From assembly GCA_965140445.1 (NCBI GenBank), contig OZ223236.1, positions 2,976,001 to 3,040,000 on the forward strand: a stretch of DNA of 64,000 bases, read 5' to 3'. Under the pieces are notes generated by a model that worked only from the letters and a program-made list of their open reading frames with translations, was not told the DNA's origin and ran no database searches. Position numbers and translations under genes: made by a program. Each line of letters begins with the position of its first letter. The first letter of the stretch is position 1. Below, in pieces: positions 19,470-30,100 of this stretch. The stretch comes from Candidatus Ozemobacteraceae bacterium. Lineage in GTDB: Bacteria; Muiribacteriota; Ozemobacteria; Ozemobacterales; Ozemobacteraceae.

Positions 19470-21062
19470 TCATGGAATTTTTGAGAGGTTTCCACAAGAG
19501 CCATTTCTTCGAAAATCGGCGTAAGAATGCAACTGGTTACCATAAGAGGCAATAGCAGTAACAAGGCCAAAGTAGTCGTCACCGATTGGTCTCAAATTAG
19601 ATAACGACCTTCCAGAATCAGGGAAGTTTTTAAGATTTAGATCAGGACTCCACTCTAGCTGCAAAACATTTTTATAATCCATAAAAAATCTTGGGGAAAG
19701 AAGCGTTTTACCCAGAGAGTTTTCATCTTTTATATAGGCGGCAGCATTAAGGGCGGTATTGGTAATGATCCTATTTGAGCCAGCTCCGCCAATAGCAAGA
19801 ACAGGAACGCCATGCTTTTTTATTATGATAGGAGACTTGGATGAGAGAGGGCCAAAATTTGCCGGATAGTTCTTAGGGTATTTAGCAACAGATTCGGTAA
19901 AGTTACGCATTTCATTGTTGTAAAAGAAACCGAGAGGAGAAAGGTTACCAGTCCCGAAGTGGCTGCCAAGAGTCAAAGTCATGGTAACTATATAGCCATT
20001 TTTATCCCATACGCATAGATGTGTGGTCTGTGAATCGTTACGGTCACCGGTATCATCGCCTTGCTTAATTTGGGGGGCAAGGGTTTCAAGATTAAGATAA
20101 GCCTGGTCGTTGCCTATGAACGAGGTCAGATAGGCATATTTATGGTCGAGATACTTTCGATTAATTGAAGAGATATCAGAGTATTCCTCGTAGCTTTTTG
20201 GGGAGAGATGGTAATTAGCAGACACCAGCTCTTTAATCAATTTGATGGTTACGACTGAGCTTGAGGGTAGCGGGGTGCCAAAAATTTCAAAGGGCCCAAT
20301 TGAAGATTTAACAGGTGTAGTAAGCTTGCTTCTGTATCCGGCAAGGTCTTTTTGAGAATATTTTGAGCCGAGTTTGTTCATATGCCGAATTAGCAGTTTT
20401 GCATTGTTGCCATGATAGAAACCAGCGGTTCCATTCTCTGAAAGGTCTTTTAATGTGGAGGCGAGTGCGGGCTGCTTGAATAGTTGTCCTGAAATCAGAG
20501 GAATTCCGTTGGGGCAGAGCTGTTCTATCGCTGCCTGGTCAAGTTTTTTTATCAGGCTTTTTCTAATGACTGATTCTATGTAAGAGTCCAGTTTAAAACC
20601 GTTTTGAGCGTAATTGACCGCAGGTGCGAGAAGTTTCTCTCTGGATTTGGTTCCATAAATTCTATGGAGTTTAAGCAAGAATTCAGGAATCGTTGGAATA
20701 CCAATGTAATTTAACCCCTCTTCGGCTGGCCTGCTTATTGATGCATCCCATGCATGGATATTTCCGCCGGGTAAATGGATAAGAGCGAAGCCGTCGCCCC
20801 CAAGGCCAGAGTTGGAAAAGTCTGTCACTCCAAGCACAAAAGCAACTGCTATTGCTGCATCAATTGCATTCCCGCCTTGTTCAAGGATCTTAATGCCTGC
20901 ATGAGTGGCAAGTGGATGACCGCTTGAAACTGCACCGAAATTTCCCTGTCCTGAAAATGTTCTTTGATAATTGTCGGCCATGCATTTTTGTAAAAGTAAT
21001 ACCAGTATAAATATTAAAATGGTGGCGGCCTGTTTTTGTGCTGAATTTGTCATTGTTTCCAT
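19470..21062 (-). CDS. ggt: Gamma-glutamyltransferase family protein
   Basis: GGNAIDAAIA, SGLGGDGF, catalytic Thr in QTTHLCVWD, PLSS, GGAGSNRI. Confidence 0.85.
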   Translation of the reverse strand: METMTNSAQKQAATILIFILVLLLQKCMADNYQRTFSGQGNFGAVSSGHPLATHAGIKILEQGGNAIDAAIAVAFVLGVTDFSNSGLGGDGFALIHLPGGNIHAWDASISRPAEEGLNYIGIPTIPEFLLKLHRIYGTKSREKLLAPAVNYAQNGFKLDSYIESVIRKSLIKKLDQAAIEQLCPNGIPLISGQLFKQPALASTLKDLSENGTAGFYHGNNAKLLIRHMNKLGSKYSQKDLAGYRSKLTTPVKSSIGPFEIFGTPLPSSSVVTIKLIKELVSANYHLSPKSYEEYSDISSINRKYLDHKYAYLTSFIGNDQAYLNLETLAPQIKQGDDTGDRNDSQTTHLCVWDKNGYIVTMTLTLGSHFGTGNLSPLGFFYNNEMRNFTESVAKYPKNYPANFGPLSSKSPIIIKKHGVPVLAIGGAGSNRIITNTALNAAAYIKDENSLGKTLLSPRFFMDYKNVLQLEWSPDLNLKNFPDSGRSLSNLRPIGDDYFGLVTAIASYGNQLHSYADFRRNGSCGNLSKIP

Positions 21063-21065
21063 CCT

Positions 21066-23963
21066 TTAAGCTTTATAAATAAAAGCTTCGATTTCCTGGG
21101 TTTTTCCTTTTACTTTGTTTACATCAAGTTTCGCAAAGCTCTGTTGAACTTTTAATTCAGATTTGGTTTGCCCTGAAACAACAATTTTGCTTCCGTCACA
21201 GTTTTGGGCCAGGGCTGCTAAGCGAGCAGCAAGGTTTACCGGATCGCCAACAATAGTTTCTGAGAGCCTGACGTCTTCAGCTCCCATAACTGCTGAAACG
21301 ACTTTGCCTGTATTAATTCCTATTGCTAAATCGTGGTTGGTTAACCTTGCAAAATTCTGCTTTAGTTCCAGTGCTAACTTAAGTGCTCTTTCTGCAGATG
21401 ATAACTTTTGGTTAGGGTAATCTTCAAAAACTATCATTACTTTATCTTCAATCATTTTGTCGATTTCGCCATGAAAGGTTTTTGAAAGCTTTTCTGTCTC
21501 TGAAAGGTGAGTTTGTAAAATTGAAAAAAGCTCATCGGTTGGAAGTTTAGTTAAAAGATTTTTAAAAGAAAGAATGCTGGAAAAAACAACAGTAACCATT
21601 TTTACTGTTGCCTGTGAAGATTGATCAGGGTTTTGTAGAACCATATTTTCGACGCTGTCAGATACGTATGTGCTCAATAGCCGTCCTTCTTCCAGACCTC
21701 TTGCCATTTTATTGAAAACTTTTGAGATTTCACCAAATTCATCTGAGTGTGATTCGTCTAGCCGCACTCCGTAGTTATCTGAAATTATCTGTTTTGTAGC
21801 AAAAGTGAGTTGTCGGATCGGAAGTGCGAAATAGTAAGTTGTAACAAAAGAAATAACAACCAGGGTAAGTAATAAAATACCGATCCAAAAGTCTGTTTGC
21901 TGTTTTAGTTCTTTTTGTATACTTCCAAGGCTTTTTGTAAACCTTTTTCCAGCTAATACATACTCACAGCTTCTTAAAGGTAAAGCTAAAAGAATGTATG
22001 ATTCTGATGCGTTGGAAGAGGTCGCAGCTATTTTTGCTTTTGCCAGGTGAGATTTTTTTGCAAGAGCAGCTAGCTCGGGAAAGTCAGCTGAAATCCTGTT
22101 AATATCACCAGGCTCTGCTTTAAAGTAATCTGCTGTACCAAACAATGCGATGGTTGGTTTATCTTTTTTAAGACTTAATTTATCGTGTGGGAAAGGATTT
22201 CTTAAATGTTTTGAGTTTAGTAAGTAGGTAAGAATGTATTTATTCGCTCCATTTCGGGAGATCGGTATTGATACGAGAAAGTTCTGATCGAAAAAGGTAT
22301 CAACCTTGATAACAGAGCCTATATTCTCTTTTAATTTAAAGTAGGCTTTTTGCCCTGAAAGGTTTAAGTAGAGTTTGTCAAAAAGCTCTTCTTTTAAACT
22401 GTTAAATTTGATTTTTTCATTATCATTTCTTACTTTAGTCTTTGTTCTGGAGAGAAACTCTGCAAACCTGGGCTTAAAAGCTTCCTGGAACAATGGGTTA
22501 TTTATTTCGGCTTTATGGTAATTTGAATCTAAGCTTTGCCAACAAAAGAAATCTTTATTAAGCTCATATCCCCAAACCTGATGTACCGGAGGGTGATTAA
22601 AAGTTTTAAGGACCTTGTTTAAAAAGGCTAGCGAAAGTTCTTTTATGCTTTTATCTGGTGAAAGGCCGACGAAATTAGCTATTTTTTCGGTTGAATTATA
22701 TTTTCTAAAGGTTGTTATAAGCTTTTCGATATTTTCAAAATTTTTGAGATCAAGATTTACTAAATCTTCATTCAATTCTTCCCCGGACTTGTTTTTCTCT
22801 AACTGAAACCGGGAAACTATGTATTCATTTGAAAGATTGATTGCTCCGACTAAGGGCAAAATGTTTATAGATAAGAAGATAAAGAATAAAAATGATCCAA
22901 GTGAAAGTTTTATTGATCGGCCAGAAATTAAGTGTTCAGCGTAGATTTTAACCAGAAATGTGGCAAAGATTCCAGCCATAGCGATTAGCAATTGAAGATC
23001 CATGCGTTTTTCAAAATCTGGTAGCTTTGTGACCACTGCGATCCGATATTCGCGTTGAGGAGAAAATGGAACAGCAGAAAACAAAAAATCATCAACGTTG
23101 GAAGTTACAAATCTTTCGGGGTTTTGTTTTACTGCTTTTATGATTCTTAAGGTTTTTAGCGGGATCTTTTTAATATATGAACTGGCTATAACTTTTTGAT
23201 CTTTGTGAACTGTTTGAGTTTCTTTTTTATTGGGAATAAATAAAATACCAAAATTATTATTATTAAAATTTTTGACAATTTTTTTTACAGAAATTTTTTC
23301 AGAAGAACCGGGATACCTGAGTTCAATAAAAAATGTGTAGTATTGGCTGTGTTTTGCAATTATGTATGTTTTTAATGGTTGTTCAGGACTTCTGAGATGA
23401 TAGTAGGAAATTTTGGAACTATCACCAGCTTTTAGTGGCCCCATGTCGAAGAAACAATTATATTTCTGCTTCAGGTGTTGATAAATTTCGTGCCTGAGCT
23501 GTTCTCGTATAGGCTTGGAAATTCTAGGATCTGAATATTTATAAAGCTTGTTGGTAATTTCTATAAACCGACTGGACGTTGCTATTTTTCCGTTTTTGAA
23601 AAAATGCATGTCACACTTGTTATTTCTCTCTGTTTGTAGACAAATTTCGGACTCGTTATAATTTTGAGAAAAGGATTTCAGGAAGCTAATCAGACGCTTT
23701 TCCATGTTACCGCTTTTTCTCTGGTCTTCGTAGCTATCTACAGCTTCCAGCGTAGATTTAAATACTCCAATTTCTCTTATAGGAGGAAAAAATGGGGAAA
23801 AAATCTTATTGTTATTTTGAATAATTCTGGAAATCTGAATTTCTAATTCAGAGATCTTTTCATCTCTGATTTGTTTTCTGTACTGGGTTAAAGACATCCA
23901 TAAAATAATAAATGGAATAAAAGCAAAAATGGCAAAAGAGATTACTTTAAGGATTTTTTTCAA
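21066..23963 (-). CDS. Membrane HAMP-class III adenylate cyclase subunit (C2-like: K, T, N, R present; first metal Asp lost)
   Basis: About 4 TM, HAMP (PIRQL...DEFGEISKVFNKM); VVFSSI, IDKMIED, ETIVGDPVNLAARL, VKGK; TTG start after GAGGT. Confidence 0.85.
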   Translation of the reverse strand: MKKILKVISFAIFAFIPFIILWMSLTQYRKQIRDEKISELEIQISRIIQNNNKIFSPFFPPIREIGVFKSTLEAVDSYEDQRKSGNMEKRLISFLKSFSQNYNESEICLQTERNNKCDMHFFKNGKIATSSRFIEITNKLYKYSDPRISKPIREQLRHEIYQHLKQKYNCFFDMGPLKAGDSSKISYYHLRSPEQPLKTYIIAKHSQYYTFFIELRYPGSSEKISVKKIVKNFNNNNFGILFIPNKKETQTVHKDQKVIASSYIKKIPLKTLRIIKAVKQNPERFVTSNVDDFLFSAVPFSPQREYRIAVVTKLPDFEKRMDLQLLIAMAGIFATFLVKIYAEHLISGRSIKLSLGSFLFFIFLSINILPLVGAINLSNEYIVSRFQLEKNKSGEELNEDLVNLDLKNFENIEKLITTFRKYNSTEKIANFVGLSPDKSIKELSLAFLNKVLKTFNHPPVHQVWGYELNKDFFCWQSLDSNYHKAEINNPLFQEAFKPRFAEFLSRTKTKVRNDNEKIKFNSLKEELFDKLYLNLSGQKAYFKLKENIGSVIKVDTFFDQNFLVSIPISRNGANKYILTYLLNSKHLRNPFPHDKLSLKKDKPTIALFGTADYFKAEPGDINRISADFPELAALAKKSHLAKAKIAATSSNASESYILLALPLRSCEYVLAGKRFTKSLGSIQKELKQQTDFWIGILLLTLVVISFVTTYYFALPIRQLTFATKQIISDNYGVRLDESHSDEFGEISKVFNKMARGLEEGRLLSTYVSDSVENMVLQNPDQSSQATVKMVTVVFSSILSFKNLLTKLPTDELFSILQTHLSETEKLSKTFHGEIDKMIEDKVMIVFEDYPNQKLSSAERALKLALELKQNFARLTNHDLAIGINTGKVVSAVMGAEDVRLSETIVGDPVNLAARLAALAQNCDGSKIVVSGQTKSELKVQQSFAKLDVNKVKGKTQEIEAFIYKA

Positions 23964-26910
23964 TTTTTACCTCTTTTGGTTCCATTTTTTTTATCTCTAA
24001 ATGGCTTGTTTCATCAAGGGAAACATAGTCAAAACCTGAAACAGGAAAGTCTTTAAATGAACTTTCCATGATGATTTTCATGTATTTACCCTTTTTACTT
24101 AGGGTTTCCAGGTTTTCCGCTGAAGTCCTTGCATTGCCAAGAACTATAAATTCGGATCTTGAAATGCCTTTAATTGCACCGGCCAGAACATTGCCATATG
24201 CAATTCCGACTCCTATTTCTATCTTTGGACTATTTGAAGAATTATTACTCATGGCATTTTCGTGTGATAATCGCATTTTGATTGCAGCATTCAAAGCATT
24301 GGTGCGACTAATCAACTCCGAGACGCTGTTAGGAAAGAAAGCAACAATTGCATCCCCAATGAATTGTTCAACCTGTCCATCAAATTGCTGAATGACTTTA
24401 ACCATTCTTTCGAGATGCTCATTAAGCATCTTTGCTAAGAGGGTGGGGGAAATGGATTCAGAAAGAGTTGTAAAGTCACGTATATCGCAAAAAAGGATTG
24501 TCCCGTATATTGATTGAGATTTTTCAAGTTCATTTGCTCCAAACCCTTTTGCAAGGTTCTCTTCAAGTGTTTTTGAAACAAATTTGCCAAGTCTCAAGCG
24601 CTTTTTAAAACCCTGAGTCATTACATTTATGGTTTCAGCAAGGGTTCCTAATTCATCTGTTCGCTTAAGGTCAAGTTTGGAGTCAAGATTACCATTACTA
24701 ATTAACAAAATTGTTTCTTTAACTTTTCCAAGAGGTAATAGAAGATGGGAAGTTGCTATGGAAGATAGTATAAACATAAAAGTTATAACCAGGATTGAAA
24801 AGCATATCAGAGCAAGCTCTTTTAAATCTTTGGCTTTGTTTAAACCATCAAGAGATATTATGCTACAAGCACAAATCTCATCAATGCTATTTAACGGAGA
24901 AAAATAGAAAATAGAATTTTTGGTTCTTAAAAATGTTTCATACTCTGAATTTTTGCAATATTTCATGAAATTAAAAGCGAGTTTACCGTTTGTGCTATTT
25001 AAAAAATTGGAGCTTTTTAATGGGAAAAGATAAAAATCAGAATTTGGTTTTTCGGTTGCCCCCAAAAAAAAGGATGAATTGGCAAAATTTAGTGAGTTTA
25101 GCTCTTTTTCAACAAACTGCATTTTTAAGCGCTTAGAATTTACAATAAAATTTACGAGTTTTTCTATTTCATTGTTTACAGTGAAAATCATTGAATAGAA
25201 AAAATCTTTTTTTCCTCCGCCCAAAGACAGATAATTTTCTTTTTCATATGTCGTAAGAAAAATTTCTTCTAAAAAGTCTTTGCCAACGTTTTTCAAAATG
25301 GAATGCCAGTTCTTTTGGGTTCCATTCATTTGAATCTGTTTTTCTGGATTTGGCTTGGATAACAATTGAAAAACTTTGTAGCAAGACGGAGCCATTAAAT
25401 CTAATGTGACTTTAGCGGTGTCTCTTATGGCCTTACTTCCTATGAAGTTTTTTGCGGGCTCATTGGGTGAGGCTGAAACCATATAGTCAATTGCCAGATT
25501 CCTTTTGGAAAGAAATTTAGCAAGGGTATGGAAACCTTTTTGTTGATCAATTTCAGAATTACTGAGAAACAAATTTAAAATGTTGGTTTTATTAAAAGCT
25601 TTGATAACATTCAGACCAAAAATAGGCAAAAGGCCGTTGCTTTTTTCATTAATTGAGGAAAGCAACCTTGAATGCCTTTGTCTGGCTTCAATTAGACCTG
25701 CCTTATAGCTATCATTGATTAATCTGCTGCCCGCAATATTGAGAATTGCTATTGGAATTAATCCAGAAAGAAAAAATAACATGCGAAAAGAAAATTTAAG
25801 TGGCAGCCCAACAGCACCATTTACAAGATAAAAGTAGGCAATTATAAAAAACCACATAAAAGCTAAAATTGCTCGATCTCTATTGTAATTAACCTCTTTA
25901 AGGGCAAAGCTTTTTGGGATTGGCGCAAAAATGATTGATTTATAAGGAATATCGATAGAAAAATTGCCAATTTGAAAAACATAACCTCCAAGTTCAAAAA
26001 TGTATTTTTGAACGCTTTTAATTGAGTTTGGGTCTGATTGTTTTTTCAGATATTTTGATTGAACCTTTAATATTTTTTTTACCAAATCTTTTTTTTCAAT
26101 TGAATTATGTTTGAAAATTTCAGGCAAAATTATTGTCGCATCGTTACAGTCGTCGATTAAAGGTAAGAATGCTACTGCCAGTTTCTTTTGGGCTTTAATG
26201 AAAAAATTGTTTGCTGCCCTTTGGAGATTTTTTTGTTCATTTTCAAAATAATCAGCTTCAGCAATTGCTAATATTCCGCCTATACAAAAGTTTTGATAGT
26301 TTAATTTTCGCCAGTATAAGTAGCTTCTTTTTTTATTAAAATTAACTGGAGTGAACTTCCCTTCTCTGCTTAAACCAATGGATTTGGGTGAGGAGCCGTG
26401 ACCAAGAATTCCAGTTGAAAACTTTTCAAGCTTTTCTAAGTCTCTAATAGAGTAAATGTCTGGTGAAGAGAAGGAAACAAGCGATTCAAAAAGTTTACTC
26501 ATGATTCTTTTTTTGGTAATGACTTTGTTGCCAATATTTAGAGTTTTGGCAGAACCATTTTCATATTTAAAAAACCATAATTTTAGCTTATTGGATGGAC
26601 GTAAAGAAGCAATCTCATTATGAATCAGAGTTTTTAAAGAATTCTCATCTATTGTTGGGTTTAATTGATTTTCAATTTTATGACAAAGCTGCATTAATTG
26701 ATTTTGATAAATTTGTGATGCTTTGTGATGGGTGTTTAAAAATGCCTGCATGATTTTGGTTTTCTCTGACCACTGTTCTTTTTTGGCAAGAACCTCTTCC
26801 TGGTAGCTGGTGCTTAAATGGAAATGCAAAATAGCCAATAAAATGAATGAAAGACTTATTGGTAATGCTAAACCTAAAAAGTTTCTTAAGTTGTTTAAAA
26901 ATTTTTCCAT
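23947..26910 (-). CDS. Membrane HAMP-class III adenylate cyclase subunit (C1-like: both metal Asp present; K, T, N, R lost)
   Basis: About 4 TM, HAMP (DELGTLAETINVM); LFCDIRDFT, VEQFIGDA, EFIVLGNARTSAENLE. Confidence 0.85.
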   Translation of the reverse strand: MEKFLNNLRNFLGLALPISLSFILLAILHFHLSTSYQEEVLAKKEQWSEKTKIMQAFLNTHHKASQIYQNQLMQLCHKIENQLNPTIDENSLKTLIHNEIASLRPSNKLKLWFFKYENGSAKTLNIGNKVITKKRIMSKLFESLVSFSSPDIYSIRDLEKLEKFSTGILGHGSSPKSIGLSREGKFTPVNFNKKRSYLYWRKLNYQNFCIGGILAIAEADYFENEQKNLQRAANNFFIKAQKKLAVAFLPLIDDCNDATIILPEIFKHNSIEKKDLVKKILKVQSKYLKKQSDPNSIKSVQKYIFELGGYVFQIGNFSIDIPYKSIIFAPIPKSFALKEVNYNRDRAILAFMWFFIIAYFYLVNGAVGLPLKFSFRMLFFLSGLIPIAILNIAGSRLINDSYKAGLIEARQRHSRLLSSINEKSNGLLPIFGLNVIKAFNKTNILNLFLSNSEIDQQKGFHTLAKFLSKRNLAIDYMVSASPNEPAKNFIGSKAIRDTAKVTLDLMAPSCYKVFQLLSKPNPEKQIQMNGTQKNWHSILKNVGKDFLEEIFLTTYEKENYLSLGGGKKDFFYSMIFTVNNEIEKLVNFIVNSKRLKMQFVEKELNSLNFANSSFFLGATEKPNSDFYLFPLKSSNFLNSTNGKLAFNFMKYCKNSEYETFLRTKNSIFYFSPLNSIDEICACSIISLDGLNKAKDLKELALICFSILVITFMFILSSIATSHLLLPLGKVKETILLISNGNLDSKLDLKRTDELGTLAETINVMTQGFKKRLRLGKFVSKTLEENLAKGFGANELEKSQSIYGTILFCDIRDFTTLSESISPTLLAKMLNEHLERMVKVIQQFDGQVEQFIGDAIVAFFPNSVSELISRTNALNAAIKMRLSHENAMSNNSSNSPKIEIGVGIAYGNVLAGAIKGISRSEFIVLGNARTSAENLETLSKKGKYMKIIMESSFKDFPVSGFDYVSLDETSHLEIKKMEPKEVKIEKNP

Positions 26911-27102
26911 TTTCTATTCGGGATTTATGGCTGATTTTAACTTAAAAGCGATAATAACATAACAAAAATGATTCTAAAAACTGAAATTTGTGATGCATTC
27001 TAATGGATTTTTTCGATACAAATATTGAGAAGCTAATCTGAGAGAGAGGCGAAAACAAAAGCGATAAAAAATAAGGTTTTTCTTTAGTTGAAGGCCGTAT
27101 CT

Positions 27103-27111
27103 TGGTATAAT
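27103..27111 (+). promoter_or_regulatory. Extended -10 promoter directly upstream of dnaE start
   Basis: TGGTATAAT ending 7 nt before ATG 27119; no SD. Confidence 0.55.
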
Positions 27112-27118
27112 TTTCGCC

Positions 27119-30100
27119 ATGTATCACACAAACTTTGTACACCTCCATGTTCATAGCCATTATAGCCTTCTTGACGGCGCTGCGCCTGTTAAGGCTATTG
27201 TTGATGCCGCGCGCAAGTTTCGCATGCCCGCTGTGGCCATTACTGATCACGGAAACATGTTTAGTGCGATCGAATTATACCAGTATGCACTTAAAAAGGG
27301 TGTCAAACCAATTATTGGGTTTGAGGCTTATGTTACAGCCGGGAGCCATCTTGACAAAAATAAAGAGGTGCCCAATTATCATCTGGTTCTTCTTGCAAGA
27401 AACAATATTGGTTACAGTAATTTGGTAAAACTATCTACTTTAGGTTATACAGACGGGTTTTACTATAGGCCTAGAATAGATTTTGAACAGCTTGAAAAAT
27501 ACAGCGAGGGTGTAATTGCTCTCGGTGCATGCCTTGCAGGAGAGGTCCCAAGATTATTACAGAAAAAAGACCGAGACGGGGCAATAGAAGCTGTTAAAAG
27601 ATATCAGCGTATTTTCGGGAAAGAAAATTTTTATGTTGAAATACAGAATCATGGTATTCCAGATCAGATCGAAGTTTTAAACCCTCTGGTAGAAGTGGCA
27701 AGGGCGTGCGATGCTCCCATTATTGCTACAAACGATAGCCATTACGTGAACCCGGAAGACTGGGAAGCTCAGGATGCTCTGCTATGCCTGGGCACCAATG
27801 CCAAGTTTGATGATAAGGAAAGGTTCAGGTTTCAGACCAGGGAATTTTATTACAAATCCCCACATGAGATGACTGAACTTTTCAAGGAGTACCCTGACGC
27901 AATTAGTAATTCTCTCAAGATTGCTGAGCGATGTAATGTCCAGCTAACACTAGGTAAATCAATTCTTCCAGAATTTGATCTTCCTGAAGGAAAAACCTCA
28001 GAAAGTTATCTTACTGAACTTTGTTACGCTGGCCTGGAAAAAAGATACGGAGAGCACAAGAACGACAAGGTCTATCTCGATCGCCTGGAATATGAATTGG
28101 GCGTTGTCAAGCGCATGGGATTTTGTGATTACTTTTTGATCGTATGGGATTTTATCCGCGCGGCAAGAGAGATGGGGATTCCTGTCGGACCAGGACGTGG
28201 TTCAGCAGCTGGAAGTATAGTTGCTTATCTTTTAAGAATCACCGATATTGATCCAATAAAATATGGGCTCCTTTTTGAAAGGTTTTTGAATCCGGAACGT
28301 ATCAGTATGCCGGATATCGACATTGATTTCAGTGATGATGGTAGAAAAGAAGTAATTGACTACGTAGTTGAAAAATATGGCCGTTCAAGGGTTTCATCAA
28401 TCATTACTTTCAACTTCATGGCGGCAAAAATGGCCATTAGAGATGTTGGCCGTGTTTTAAACATGGAATTGCCTGAAGTTGACTTTATTGCCAAGCTCAT
28501 TCCCGAAAAGCCGGGAACCCATATTAAATCCGCGCTTTCAGAAGTTCCTGAACTGCGTGAAATGGTTAAAAATGGAACTGAGCAGCAAAAGCGTCTATTG
28601 AGAATTGCAGGTACTGTAGACGGTATGGCCAGACATACCGGAGTACACGCCTGCGGTATCGTTATTTCTGCAATAGATTTGATGGATATAGTTCCAATCT
28701 ACCTCGATAAATCTAAAGAATTTGTTACCCAATATGAAAAAAATGCAATCGAGTCTATCGGATTGCTTAAAATGGATTTCCTTGGTCTTAAAACTCTAAC
28801 AATTATTAAAAGAGCTCTCGAATACATTAAAGAGAGCAGGGGAGTGGATGTGGATCTCGACCACATACCATTGGACGACCAGAAATCTTACAAATTACTT
28901 CAAGATGCATTGTCCCTGGGAGTATTCCAGCTCGAATCGGCAGGCATGAGAAATCTTCTTACAAACCTTCAGCCATCTGTTTTTGAAGATATTATCGCTT
29001 TGCTGGCAATGTATCGTCCAGGTCCATTGGGCAGCGGCATGGTTGATGACTTTGTAGAAAGAAAACATGGAAGAAAAGAGCTGGCCTATCCACACCCGGA
29101 TCTTGAACCTGTTCTAAAGGATACTTATGGGGTTTTCCTTTACCAGGAACAGGTTATGCAGACTGCCAATATTCTAGCCAATTTCACAATGGCTCAAGCG
29201 GATGGTTTGCGAAAAGCCATGGGTAAAAAGATTCGTGAAACCATGGAAAAAATGGGCAAGCTTTTTGTTGAAGGAGCGGTAGCTCGTGATGTTGATAAGG
29301 ACAAGGCACAAGAAATTTTTGATTTGATGGCAAGTTTTGCTGAGTATGGATTTAACAAATCTCACTCTGCTGCATATGCTCTTGTTACATATCGAACAGC
29401 CTATTTAAAGGCTCATTACACTGTTGAATTTATGGCAGCAGTTTTGTCCTCGGAATTGAACGATACCGATAAAATTGCAGAATATGTAGATGAGTGCAGA
29501 ACTTTAGGTATTCAGATTTTACCTCCGGATGTAAATGTTTCCCAAAACCTTTTTACAGTTGAAAATGGAAATATCAGGTATGGTTTAAGTGCAATTAAAG
29601 GAGTCGGTGGGGGAGCTATTGACTCTGTAGTTGAGGCAAGGAATGCTGATGGAGAGTTTAAATCTCTAGGAGACTTTACTCGAAGAGTAGATACCAGGCA
29701 GGTAAACAGCCGGGTTATTGATGCCTTAATAAAGGCTGGCGCGTTTAACGGATTCGGTCTAAAAAAGAGTCAATTGCTTGAAATGGCGACCGATGCATTA
29801 AAATCTGGCCAAAAGGCTCAGAAAGATAAAAACTCAGGACAAACCACTTTCTTTGATTTGCTTGGCGACGATGCTGAGGGATTGGGCGATATTGATATTG
29901 CTCCTCCTGATATTCCTGAATTAACTGAAAAGGAATTACTTCTAAACGAGAAAGAAGTGTTTGGGTTTTACCTGACTGGAGACCCCTTTAATGAAGTTGC
30001 TCCATTGGGAAGGGTTTTCTCAACCCACCCATTAAATAGATTAGAAACCGCAGAAGATGGAACATTGTGCAGAATCGCGGGAAACCTTACTTCTTTTAAA

